Shown: piece by piece, positions 52,119 to 62,539 of the stretch
How the letters are laid out: each line of letters starts with the position of its first letter
How positions within the stretch are numbered: the stretch's first letter is position 1
Assembly: GCA_963827655.1 (NCBI GenBank)
Contig: CAWHCF010000021.1
Location: 34,128-98,127 of the forward strand
Direction: 5' to 3'
DNA length: 64,000 bases
From: an uncultured Acidobacteriota bacterium
GTDB lineage: Bacteria > Acidobacteriota > UBA6911
Program-made: the position numbers and the translations under genes
Notes under the pieces: model-generated
The model's database searches: none
Seen by the model: the letters and a program-made list of their open reading frames with translations, nothing else
What the model was told of the DNA's origin: nothing

Positions 52119-53328
52119 TCATTCATACCGTAGGGCGGCGATCGGGTCCAGCCGGGCAGCTCGCATTGCGGGCAACGTTCCGAACACCACGCCGACCGCC
52201 AGACAGACGCAGAATGCCAGGCCTATGACGCCCGGCGTCATGATCGGGTGAAGCGGCGACATTCGGCCGACCACATCGCAGAGCCCCACGGCGGCCCCGA
52301 TTCCCAGGACGCCGCCGAGACTCGATATTATGAGCGCCTCCATCAAGAACTGCGTGAAGATGTCCTTCTTTCTCGCCCCCACCGTCTTTCGAACGCCGAT
52401 CTCTCTGGTACGCTCCGTCACGGTAACCAGCATGATGTTCATGATGCCGATTCCTGCCACCACCAGCGAGATGGCGCTGATGCCGGTCAGCATCGCTGTG
52501 ACGATGGCCATTAGCCGGTAAAGCGTGGCGAGGAGCTGTTTTTGAGTCAAGACTCCGAAATCCTCGCGCCCTCCATGGCTGACCCGCATCATCCGCTCGA
52601 TGTCGCCCAGAACTTGCTCGGGCGCGTGGCCGGGATTCGTCTGGAGCACAATGCGATTGATCTGGACGTGAGGAATCTGCTTCTGGGCTGCGCCGTCCGG
52701 GAGAAAGATCATATTCTCGAAACCACCGCCGCCGAACAACGCGCTTGCCTGCTCGTCGGGCAGGATACCGATGACGCGAAACGGCACTCCCTGGACTGCT
52801 ACCGTCTTTCCGAGAGCCGGACTGTCTCCGAATATCGCGGCGCGCGGCTGATGCGCCAGTACGCATACATTTTCGGTCTCTTCGGCCTCTCGTAAAGAAG
52901 CGCCCCTCGGCCATCGGTCTGGGACGGATTTCCGCCCAGGCCGCGGCCGTCGCTACGACAAAAGCACTAAACGGCTGTCGTTCGTGCTCGACTGTTCCCG
53001 CGACGAACATGAACGGAGTGACTTTGTGGACGCCTGGAAGTACGGAGAGAGCATCCAGGTCCTGCCTGGTAAGGGTCGAGACGCCGAGCAGCGCGAGCGG
53101 GTTCGGCTGCGAGTTCTTGTCCAGTTTGCCGGGCACGATGAAGACCAGGTTGGCCCCGAGTCCCTGGATCTGATCGGTGACTTCTTTCTTCACTCCCTGA
53201 CCGATCGACACGAGCAACGCCACCGACCCGACACCGATGACGACCCCAATCATGGTAAGGGTTGTGCGGAGCCAGCTTCCCCGAAGCGAGCGTAACGCGC
53301 TCGTGAGATTCTCGCCGAAGGTTCTCAT
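52119..53328 (-). CDS. MacB/FtsX-family ABC permease; +1 frameshift near 52890
   Basis: RTTLTMIGVVIGV, GIGIMNIMLVTVTERTREIGVRK and PAMRAARLDPIAALRYE motifs. Confidence 0.88.
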
Positions 53329-53409
53329 TCCGGCGTTAACAATAGCCGATTTCTCGCGCAAGGAGAATCGCTCACGCGGCGCCAATCGCGCGACGGCCCG
53401 GAAACACGA

Positions 53410-53640
53410 TTCCCAGTGGTTCAATATCGCGGCTTTCGGCTGCAGGGAACTTATGGGAACCTGGGCCGCAACCTCGTGAGCGAACGAGTGCAGAAGAGCT
53501 ACGGATCGAGGCTTACAACCCGCCACGTCACTTTTCGTACTTCGGAGTCGAGACGACGCTCGGCGCCGCGAACTTCGGCCGGATCACCAGCGCGACGGAT
53601 CCGCGCACGCTGCAGTTCGGACTTCGGATCAAGTTCGAAA
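53410..53640 (+). pseudogene. C-terminal remnant of an Oar-type TonB-dependent receptor
   Basis: Across frames: QWFNIAAF..GTYGNLGRN..ELRIEAYN..HFSYFGVETTLGAANFGRITSATDPRTLQFGLRIKF. Confidence 0.65.
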
Positions 53641-53658
53641 CAGCGCGGCAGAGTCTCC

Positions 53659-55154
53659 TCAGTTGCCAGCGAGGGAGATGGACTTAAGAACTTCGTCCCC
53701 TACAAGCCGATGGCCTTTTTGGTTGTAGTGACCAAGCCGTCGGAAAGGGAATAGGGCCAGGGGATCGCTTTGAGCACGAAAGGCGTAATGAAGGTCGATG
53801 AGCGGAATCCCCGACTCTTCTTACGATGGTCATAATCTGACCACGATCGCCCACGGCTCGGGAGGAATCAATACAACTGTCGCGCTCCGGAAGATAGACA
53901 AAGTAGAGCTTGCCCCCCCAGGTGTCGACGGTCGCCTTTGCCTCTCTCAATGCCCGGTCCAGCAGGTCCATCATCGTATTTCACGTCCGACCCCATGTAC
54001 TGGCTGGCTTGAGAAGAGTCTCCATAAACCAGGCCGAATCTTTGACGCAAAGCGTTAAGCTTGATCAAGCTTCCCAGGAGGTGACGGGCGCGTCCCATGG
54101 TCTCGGCCATAGTCCTGGGCCTCTGGGGGACCGCGCTGGCCGCCTTTTCGCTTTCGATATAGGCCGCGAGCGCCCGATCTATTTCGGCCTGCCGGCCAAG
54201 CAAGGTCTGGCTGAAATTACCTTCCAGATAACGCATGAGCAGCGGGCTTTGCCGTTCGTAGAGTAAATCTCCAATATCATTCCCTTCGTAGAAAAACCAC
54301 AACACAAACTTCGGCTTGAGAGCCGGGACATAGTCCTTCAGGGTAGCCAGGGTATTCAGAGGACCCTGTCCGGCTATCCCGAGGTTCAAGGTTTTCGGAT
54401 AGCGCTCCCGAATGACCGAGACGAAGTTTTTGCCGGACGGGACACAATCTCCCTGGGTAAAGGAATCACCCAGCGCCACGATATCGACGGAATCCGGACC
54501 CCAGATTCCTCTAGGGTTGTGAAAGCCGTGCTCGTCGCTTTCGTAGACTAGCCATTCCCCCGCCTCGTTACAGGACACCGTGGCTGTGTTGCTGATTCCG
54601 CCATGAGGCAACGTTTCAACACCGTCAAGAGTAATCACCGACCGCCGAGTACCGTCCGGTTGTTGCTTCAGCAAGACCAGAGGGACAAGAGATGGGACTG
54701 CGTCGATGCCTTTGGCATTCAAATCACTGATCACCTGAAGCTTGCTTCGCGTATCAAACGGAACGCCATGTTCTTTTGCCAGTTCGACAATGTCTTCGAC
54801 GTCTCCCTCTCGAAGCCACAGCGTTCTATTAGCGGTCGTCATCCTGGCATCCGTCAGAGCCAGGAACAAGTTGGCGGCATGGATCGAGAGACCTATCGAG
54901 AGCAGAAGGAGCGCGAGGGTAATTCTCTTAAGGGCTTCCAACCGCAATGAGGCGAACAAGGCGCCGGCCAGGAGGGCAGGCACACCATAGTACAGAACCA
55001 TGCCCGTCGGACTGGTAAAAGACCGCCTTCCGGTCAAGCCATAATGATAAATGGAATAAAACAACATCAGGACACAGAGAACCCCGCCGCCAGCCAGGAC
55101 GATGCTTGCGAATCTTGCCAATCTTCCAGAGCCTTGTGTTCTTGTGGTCGCCAT
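53659..55154 (-). CDS. Membrane-anchored SGNH/GDSL-like protein; two +1 frameshifts near 53980 and 53812
   Basis: ALGDSFTQG, NLG and EGND motifs. The repaired C-terminus reads FRRLGHYNQKGHRLV. Confidence 0.75.
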
Positions 55155-55681
55155 TGCGCTTGCCTGCTCCGTCAGAAACGATACCGACCGCGAGTGTGAA
55201 CGCTTTCAGTCATCGAAGCTTGATGCCGGCGAGACCGCCTCTTCCTGCTGGTCTGGGGGGACCATTTCCCAGGTTCGGGGGGTTGGGGTCGGAAGCTACC
55301 CTCGCCCTGGTGCTTGTGGTGTAGATCTGCGACGCGGCCTGCTCTTGCGTTTTTGGAGACAAGAAGTAGCGAAGCTTAGCGGCGGACAGATGCGGCTACA
55401 CTGAAGAGCAATGGAAGACCATCCGGTTATTCTACAACGTCAATACCCTGACTCTCTGGGTCCGGATCTCGGGCCAACACCTGCAGCGAGTTTACTCTCT
55501 CGCTTCGGAACACTTCCACTCGGGTGAACCTGGGAAGTGACTGTGAGTCCCACGGTGGACGACTTTCGTCATCGGTTTATCCAGGCTGTCTGCCCACCGG
55601 ACCTCGTTGCCAATTATACACGGGTCAGAAAAGAAAACTATGGAGTGAACACACTCCGGAAAGGGCTCCTCCACCTGGCGA

Positions 55682-55875
55682 TCAAGGCCGTCCCAGGTAC
55701 CGGTCGAGCCAGTCCAGAACCTCTCGCATCACCGTGGCGCGCACTTCCGGAACCAGAATGGCATGGGCGACAGGAAGGATCGGGATATACTCTTTCCGCA
55801 AGCCGGGCTTAGGGCTTCGTCACCGCTGCTCCAGGCTTTCAACAGATTCGTGATTTCAGCAGAGGATGCGCCGAT
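55682..55875 (-). pseudogene. Fused remnant: ECF sigma factor N-terminus plus a hydrolase-like C-terminus
   Basis: EITNLLKAWSSGDEAL followed, in another frame, by HAILVPEVRATVMREVLDWLDRYLGRP*. Confidence 0.5.
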
Positions 55876-55933
55876 GTTCTCCGGGCGATGAGGATTATAG
55901 GTTTCGGAGGTGGCGACTGCACACCTGGCGTCG

Positions 55934-56833
55934 TCACAGCCGGATGCGCATCACCTTCATCGCATTGCGGTAGAAAATCTTTTCCTGCTGATTGCGATCC
56001 GGCGCCAGCCGGCGGATGGTCGCAATCTGTTGTGAGCCGCTGCACTTCTCGCCCTCGCCCACGTGGTCGCTGCAATCGCTGCCGAAGAGCAGTTTGTCCT
56101 GGTGCCGCTTGAGGAATTCGCGCGCGTGCCCTTCGTCGCGTCGCAGGGCATTGAGCCCCGATCCCGCCGACAGGTCGCCGTACATGTTCGAGTAATCCGC
56201 AAGCAAGCGGTCTGTGATTCCCCCCGGCGTGACCGCGGTCTTCGGGTACATGACCGTTTGGTTGTGGTTCTTGTCGATGTTCCCCCACCAGGTTTGCGCG
56301 TGGCCCATGAAGTTCACTTTCGGGAACTTCTCCAACACCTTGTGGAACCGCTCGAAGCCAAGGTTGTAGGTCTCGTGCTGAAAGTGCAGCAGCACCGGGA
56401 CGCCAAACTCCTGGGCGATCTCCGCCACAAGCTGAATGTGCTTGGAGTCGCATTCCACCGGGAACTTCTGCTCGCCGATGCCAATCGCGCCCATCCGCAA
56501 GTATTTCTCCAGCACGCGCCGCGTCTCGGGGATGTCGGGAAGTTCGTTCGCGAAAAAGACGAACTCGTCCGGATACTTCCGCGCCAGTTCCACCACGGAA
56601 TCGTTGCCGTATGCATCAGCGGCGAGTCCGTATTTCGACCCCGCCGGGAGCAACACGGTTTTGCGGATGCCCATCGTGCGCTGGTGCTTCACCAGCACAT
56701 CGTCGGGCCGCCCCGAATAGTGCGTGTGCTGGTGGATGTCGATGATCGGTACGGGATCGGCTGCCTGGAGCAACCCAGCGGCTGACGCCGCGAGAAACTC
56801 ACGTCTGGTCACCTGGTGCGTATCTCTTCGCAT
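55934..56833 (-). CDS. Amidohydrolase_2 family protein with Tat-like signal
   Basis: TRREFL, IDIHQH, GEQK, LLH, GHA and LFGSD motifs. Confidence 0.88.
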   Translation of the reverse strand: MRRDTHQVTRREFLAASAAGLLQAADPVPIIDIHQHTHYSGRPDDVLVKHQRTMGIRKTVLLPAGSKYGLAADAYGNDSVVELARKYPDEFVFFANELPDIPETRRVLEKYLRMGAIGIGEQKFPVECDSKHIQLVAEIAQEFGVPVLLHFQHETYNLGFERFHKVLEKFPKVNFMGHAQTWWGNIDKNHNQTVMYPKTAVTPGGITDRLLADYSNMYGDLSAGSGLNALRRDEGHAREFLKRHQDKLLFGSDCSDHVGEGEKCSGSQQIATIRRLAPDRNQQEKIFYRNAMKVMRIRL

Positions 56834-56984
56834 AAAGTGAATCATAACAGACACAGACCGCTGGTTCCGGATCTCTCATTCGGCATTCATCTCATACAGG
56901 TGTGGACTTTTGGGCGCGACCCGGCGATAGTCTTGCTGAGTGAAATGGAGAACCATAACGCGTCGATGCTGAGCGTCCGTGAGT

Positions 56985-57141
56985 ATGTGGCGGGCGAATT
57001 CTCGCGCGCCGGGCTTTCGCCGGCCTGTTGGTCCTGATCTTCGCCGCGGGGTCCACCCACGGAGCCGAGCGACCTGACTTCGTCGTCATCCTGGTCGACG
57101 ACTTGCGCTGGGACGAGATCGACGCCGGCTTCATGAGATAA
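56985..57141 (+). pseudogene. Sulfatase N-terminal remnant
   Basis: Signal-like stretch, then RPDFVVILVDDLRWDE, then a stop. Confidence 0.55.
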
Positions 57142-57172
57142 ACTTCACCGGCAAGATGCCACGGGCAAACAA

Positions 57173-58279
57173 ATGAGGATCGATCGTCGCCAATTCCTTC
57201 GCGACGCCCTTTCGGGTGCTCTGGCCTTAGCAATGGGCGGCCGACTGACAGCCGCGGCGGCTGCACGACTGGACCGCAACAACCTTTTGGTCTATCGGGA
57301 TCGAAGTGGGGATGTGCGGCCGGTCCGATCCACGACGGACTGGCTCCAACGACGCGCGGAAATCGTGCGCGGCATGCTCGAGGTGATGGGGCCGCTTCCG
57401 GGCAGCGAGAAACGCTGCCCGCTCGACCTGCGAGTGGAAGAGGAGGTTGAGGCTGGCACCTACGTCCGTCGGCTCGTCAGCTATGCTTCAGAGCCTGAAT
57501 CGCGCACACCGGCGTACCTGCTGATTCCGAAAGCCGCGCTCGCCGGGAAGATCAAGGCCCGCGGAATCCTATGTCTGCACCCGACGGATAACAAGATCGG
57601 CCATAAGGTCGTCGTCGGGCTCGGCGGGAGGCCAAACCGACAATACGCGGCGGAGCTGGCCGAACGTGGTTTCGTCGCGCTCGCTCCGGCCTATCCGTTG
57701 CTCGCGAACTACCAGCCGGATCTCGCGGCGCTCGGATGGCAGAGCGGAAGCTTGAAGGCGGTCTGGGATAACATGCGCGGGTTGGATCTGCTAGAAAGCC
57801 TCCCCTATATCGCTCGCCGCCGGTTCGGCGCCATCGGTCATTCGCTGGGCGGGCACAACGCCGTCTTTACGGCCGTGCACGAAGCCCGGATTCATGTGGT
57901 CGTGAGCAGTTGCGGACTCGACTCGTTTCTCGACTACATGAGCGGCGATCCGGCAGTTTGGCGCCCGGAGAAGGGGTGGTGCCAGATGCGCTACATGCAG
58001 CGGCTGGCGGGTTATGCGGGCCGGCTCGAGGAGATTCCGTTCGACTTTCACGAGCTGGTCGCCGCGATCGCTCCGCGCGTCTGCTTCATCAGCGCGCCGG
58101 TGCGCGACTCGAACTTCAAGTGGGAGAGCGTCGACCGCATCGCCCACGCCGCGTCAAGGATCTATACGCTCTACGGCAAGCCGCAAAACCTCATCATCGA
58201 CCACCCCGACGCCGACCACGACTTCCCGGATGCCATGCGCGCGAAGGCATACGAGCTCTTCAGGAAGCACCTGAATTAA
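57173..58279 (+). CDS. Alpha/beta hydrolase with Tat-like signal
   Basis: DRRQFL, GHSLGG, IAPR and HDFP motifs. Confidence 0.87.
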   Translation: MRIDRRQFLRDALSGALALAMGGRLTAAAAARLDRNNLLVYRDRSGDVRPVRSTTDWLQRRAEIVRGMLEVMGPLPGSEKRCPLDLRVEEEVEAGTYVRRLVSYASEPESRTPAYLLIPKAALAGKIKARGILCLHPTDNKIGHKVVVGLGGRPNRQYAAELAERGFVALAPAYPLLANYQPDLAALGWQSGSLKAVWDNMRGLDLLESLPYIARRRFGAIGHSLGGHNAVFTAVHEARIHVVVSSCGLDSFLDYMSGDPAVWRPEKGWCQMRYMQRLAGYAGRLEEIPFDFHELVAAIAPRVCFISAPVRDSNFKWESVDRIAHAASRIYTLYGKPQNLIIDHPDADHDFPDAMRAKAYELFRKHLN

Positions 58280-58343
58280 ATGTCGGATGTCGAGGACGAT
58301 ACACAGGAGGTGCCTTCAAGATACCCCTCATGCACCTTCTATC

Positions 58344-59669
58344 TCAGCCCGCGTAGTAGCGCGCGACCTTGCAAACGGCGGCGGCCACGTCCCGGATATA
58401 CTCCTCACTCATGCCTTCGTGGATCACCAGGCGAACACCGGTCTTGAGGATGGCCTCGGCCTCGGGGCACCGGACCTTCGAGTAATCCATCGAGGTAAGT
58501 CCCATTTCACGCACGGGCCAGCGGCCGCCGAAAAATCCGTGCTTCAAGAAGACCGGGTTGCCGTAAAGGGGCACCGGGATGTAGCCCGCGGAAGCTGGGG
58601 CGCCCTCGGCCGCGAGCGCCTTGGCGAACTCCTCCTGGCTCGAGCGGAGCGCGCCGGGCCGGAGCCGCAGCATGTAGAACCAGTAAACACAGCGGTCGGC
58701 GGCATGGACCTGCTGCGGCTCGATCCCCGGCGCGCCCGCGATCTCTTCCGTGAGGAGGTTCCCAAGCCGCGCGCGCGTCGCCGCGATCCCTTCGAGCCGG
58801 CCGAGCTGCGCCGCGGCGACCGCCGCCTGAGGCTCGCTCATGCGGTAGTTGGTGGCGAAAGCGTTAAACAGCCCGCTCCGGTCGAGCCGGTCCATACCCT
58901 TGTCGCCAAAGCGCTGAAGCAGCGGGCCGAAGCGCCCGTCACTCGAAGCCACGATACCGCCATCCCCGCAGGTAACGTGCTTGGAATTCTGGAGCGAAAA
59001 GCAGGCGAAGTGACCGGTCGTTCCGATGGGCTTGCCGCGATAGCGGGCTCCCCAGGCCTGGGCACAGTCTTCGATGAGAATCAGGCTATGCTTGTCCGCG
59101 ATGGCCTTGAAGACATCCATGTCGCACGGATTGCCGCAGAGGTGCACGGGGATGATCGCCTTCGTTTTGGAGGTGATCTTGCGCTCCACGTCGGCAGGGT
59201 CCAGGTTGTAGGTATTTCGGCCCAGGTCGGCGAAGACGGGAACCGCCTGCTGATAGAGGATGCCGATCACAGTGCCGATGTCCGTGATCGGGCTGGTGAT
59301 GACCTCATCGCCAGGTCCGATACCTGCGGCTGCCACCGCGATGTGTAGGGCCGCGGTGCCGGACGAGCAAGTCTGGACGTATTCGAGCGGACAGATTCCC
59401 CGGAATCGTTCGATGAGCATTGTGGTTTGCGGTCCCTTCCAGTAAAAAAGCGAATCCTGGGCGAGCACGGCGTTAAGGCGCTCTCGCTCAGGCTCGCCCC
59501 AGCGGACGAGCCGTGGGGGCGACTGGCGGACCGCCTTCTCGCCGCCTTGCAGGGCGAGGCGCGAGTTGGCGACATCTTTCGCCTCCTGGCCGCGGAGGCT
59601 GCCGGCCAGCACGATACTCGATGTGGCAGTCAGAAACCCGCGTCGCGAAAATCCATTTTTCGCTTTCAT
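58344..59669 (-). CDS. DegT/DnrJ/EryC1/StrS PLP-dependent aminotransferase with Tat-like signal
   Basis: SRRGFL, SSGTAALH, EDCAQA, FSLQNSKHVTCGDGG and NYRMSE motifs. Confidence 0.92.
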   Translation of the reverse strand: MKAKNGFSRRGFLTATSSIVLAGSLRGQEAKDVANSRLALQGGEKAVRQSPPRLVRWGEPERERLNAVLAQDSLFYWKGPQTTMLIERFRGICPLEYVQTCSSGTAALHIAVAAAGIGPGDEVITSPITDIGTVIGILYQQAVPVFADLGRNTYNLDPADVERKITSKTKAIIPVHLCGNPCDMDVFKAIADKHSLILIEDCAQAWGARYRGKPIGTTGHFACFSLQNSKHVTCGDGGIVASSDGRFGPLLQRFGDKGMDRLDRSGLFNAFATNYRMSEPQAAVAAAQLGRLEGIAATRARLGNLLTEEIAGAPGIEPQQVHAADRCVYWFYMLRLRPGALRSSQEEFAKALAAEGAPASAGYIPVPLYGNPVFLKHGFFGGRWPVREMGLTSMDYSKVRCPEAEAILKTGVRLVIHEGMSEEYIRDVAAAVCKVARYYAG

Positions 59670-60274
59670 GATGGAACTCCTATTGATTTGTCGTAGGACC
59701 AGTTCATCCCCATAAACATGTTTCGCCGCTCTCGTCTATCTCAACCGCCCGCACACCGGGTAGAACTCCGAGACAAAATTTATGCGATTATAAGCACAAC
59801 ACAAGCCGATCGCACGACAGTTCATTTCAGGATTGTTTTCGAGATGAAACTATCTAGGCAAGGACTTACACCGAGGTCCATGCTATCTCTCTCGACAGGC
59901 CCTGCTCGTTGTGCAAGATCGCGCTTCGCGGCAGGTAGCGCGTCGATTGAGACGAGCGCAGCCGGACCGTAATCCAGCGGGAGAGCGCACGCATATCTAT
60001 CGCGCGAATACCAAAAGCCCTGTAGGCTGGTGGTTTGACGTGCGAAAGCTATGCGGAATTTTGCCGTAGCCTTCGATGCAATGAAGCGGTGCAGGTCAAT
60101 GCGAACCCTTCACCGCCGCCGACATCGAGGTGCGCACTCCCGGCGCCGCACCCAGGTAGCAACCCAACTGCGGAACCCTTCACTGGCTGTCCAGCCTTAC
60201 GGGCACTGGCAGACGTTGGAGTGACGGCCATAAAAAGGCATAATCCCAGTAGAATGGCTAAGTCGCGAGCACCC

Positions 60275-61066
60275 ATGAACTACGAAATCTGGGACCTTCA
60301 CTGCCACCTCAGCGGCGTGCCAGGCAAGACGCCGGCGGAGCGGCTCGCCAAACATCTCGAATACGCCAACCGCATGGGCGTGACGCGGCTGTGCGTCTAT
60401 ATGGGGATGAGTTGGGACTATGATCCGACGCCAGAGCAGATGCGTCGCAGCAATGATGAAGTGCTCGAGGCGATTCGCAAGTTTCCCGACCGCGCGCTCG
60501 GCTTCGTCTATCTGAACCCGAAGCACACGCAGGCCAGCCTTGACGAACTCAACCGCTGCGTCGCCGACGGTCCGATGGTCGGCGTGAAGCTCTGGGTGGC
60601 AGAGCATTGCAACAAACCGACGCTCGACCCGATCATCGCCCGCGCCACGGAACTGAAGGCCGTCATCTTTCAACACACGTGGATGAAGATCACGGGCAAC
60701 CTGCCGGGCGAGTCCACGCCGATGGATGTGGCGGAGCTGGCCCTGCGCTATCCGCAAGCCAGGCTCATCTGCGGCCATTCCGGCGGCGATTGGGAACAAG
60801 GCTTGCGCGTCATCCGCGCGCACAAGAACATCTGCGCCGACCTCGCCGGCGGCGATCCGACTGCGGGCGTTACCGAAATGGCGGTGCGCGAACTCGGCGC
60901 CGAGCGTGTCATCTACGGGAGCGACATCGGCGGGCGCAGCTTTGCCACGCAGCTCAGCAAGGTTTTCGGCGCGGCGATTTCGGAAGCCGACCGGAAGCTC
61001 ATCCTCGCCGGCAATCTCAAGCGGCTGCTCCGCGACATTCTTCACGACAAAGGAATTCAAGTGTGA
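60275..61066 (+). CDS. Amidohydrolase_2 family protein
   Basis: DLHCH, GVKL, QH, GHSGG and YGSD motifs. Confidence 0.88.
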   Translation: MNYEIWDLHCHLSGVPGKTPAERLAKHLEYANRMGVTRLCVYMGMSWDYDPTPEQMRRSNDEVLEAIRKFPDRALGFVYLNPKHTQASLDELNRCVADGPMVGVKLWVAEHCNKPTLDPIIARATELKAVIFQHTWMKITGNLPGESTPMDVAELALRYPQARLICGHSGGDWEQGLRVIRAHKNICADLAGGDPTAGVTEMAVRELGAERVIYGSDIGGRSFATQLSKVFGAAISEADRKLILAGNLKRLLRDILHDKGIQV

Positions 61067-62010
61067 TGAACGAGAACTCAAACCATCGAAACGGCAGGTT
61101 TCTGCCGACGAAAGAGGGGACTCCAAGCTTCGCACTCGATCGCCGCGATTTCCTCAAAGCAACGCTCACGGCAGCGGGCGTCGTGCCGCTCGCCGACGCG
61201 AACGCGGCCAAGCCGGCGGCGGTCGGGCCATCATACCTGATTGACGTCAATGTCAACCTCTCGCGCTGGCCGTCGCGCCGCGTCCGCAGCGACGACACCG
61301 CCGCGCTTGTCGCGAAAGTTCGCAGCCAGGGCGTCGTGCAAGCCTGGGCGGGAAGTTTCGATGGACTGCTGCACAAAGACATCGCAGGCGTGAACGCCCG
61401 GCTCGCCGACGAGTGCCGGCGTCAAGGTCGCGGCCTGCTTTTGCCGTTTGGCTCGATCAACCCGAAGTTTCCCGATTGGGAAGAGGATTTGCGCCGCTGC
61501 GCCGAAGAGCATCACATGAGCGGCATCCGGCTGCATCCGACCTATCACGGCTACAAGCTCGACGATCCGGACTTCGCACGGCTGTTGCGACTCGCCGCCG
61601 AGCGCGGGCTGATCGTGCAGCTCGCGCTCATCATGGAAGATCGGCGCATGATGCACCCGCTGCTGCAAGTCGAACCGACCGACACCAAACCGCTCGCCGA
61701 CCTGGTGAAGAATACGCCGGGCCTGCGGCTGCTGCTGCTGAATTCCTCGACCACGCTCAAAGGTGAGCCGCTGCTCGAACTTGTGAAGGCCGGTGAAGTC
61801 TATGTCGATATAGCCATGCTCGACGGCATCGGCGCCATCGGCAACCTGCTCGCACAAGTGCCCGCCGACCGTGTGTTGTTCGGCTCGCACGCGCCGCTCT
61901 TCTATTTCGAAGCTTCGCTGCTCAAACTGAAAGAGTCACAATTGAGCGAGGAACAAATGCGGGCGATCTGCTGCGACAACGCACGGCGGCTGCTCTCAAA
62001 GAATCGTTAG
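61066..62010 (+). CDS. Amidohydrolase_2-like protein with Tat-like signal and degenerate metal ligands
   Basis: DRRDFL, IDVNVN in place of HxH, IRLHPTYHGY and LFGSHAP. Start overlaps the upstream stop. Confidence 0.82.
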   Translation: MNENSNHRNGRFLPTKEGTPSFALDRRDFLKATLTAAGVVPLADANAAKPAAVGPSYLIDVNVNLSRWPSRRVRSDDTAALVAKVRSQGVVQAWAGSFDGLLHKDIAGVNARLADECRRQGRGLLLPFGSINPKFPDWEEDLRRCAEEHHMSGIRLHPTYHGYKLDDPDFARLLRLAAERGLIVQLALIMEDRRMMHPLLQVEPTDTKPLADLVKNTPGLRLLLLNSSTTLKGEPLLELVKAGEVYVDIAMLDGIGAIGNLLAQVPADRVLFGSHAPLFYFEASLLKLKESQLSEEQMRAICCDNARRLLSKNR

Positions 62011-62539
62011 CCAATTCGAACGGAGTGTTCTGAGCCGCCAAGAATCGTCCTCAATTTCCCGCCGCGAATTTCTCGCCTCCAGTGGGGACCGTGTACTCCA
62101 TCGAACCCGCATTCGGCAGCTCCTGAGGGAACACGCCGGCGGACTCATCCCGGGCCCGATCAAGCCTCACCCAGCTCGGCCCTGTTTCCTGGGCTTGGCT
62201 GACCGCAGGGTAAAAACTCACTCAACAGCCCAGGACGATGACAGGCGCTGGTGTGGTTCGGAGTTGTCTCGTCCTGGCTTACCGCCCTTCTTGTCCGTTC
62301 GAAATAGGACGGTGGTATGATAAAAAGCCTCGCGGGAATATGGCGACTCTCCCCTCGCCGATAAATTCTCACGAGTTCTTTTCACGCAGAACCGGCGCTA
62401 GGAGAATAAAGCCGCGCGCAGTGACAAATTTCTCTCAAGATGTTGCATCACTTGCAAGCCACACCACCGGCTTCAAGGAATTTAATACGTTTTCGAATTT
62501 GGAAAGCACGATCAGGCCGTCGTCGCGGCGAGGAGCAAG

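Noticed and set aside
59670-60270. Long intergenic region as a riboswitch or ncRNA
   Set aside because: I recognised no conserved motif; an Rfam cmscan would be needed to decide.
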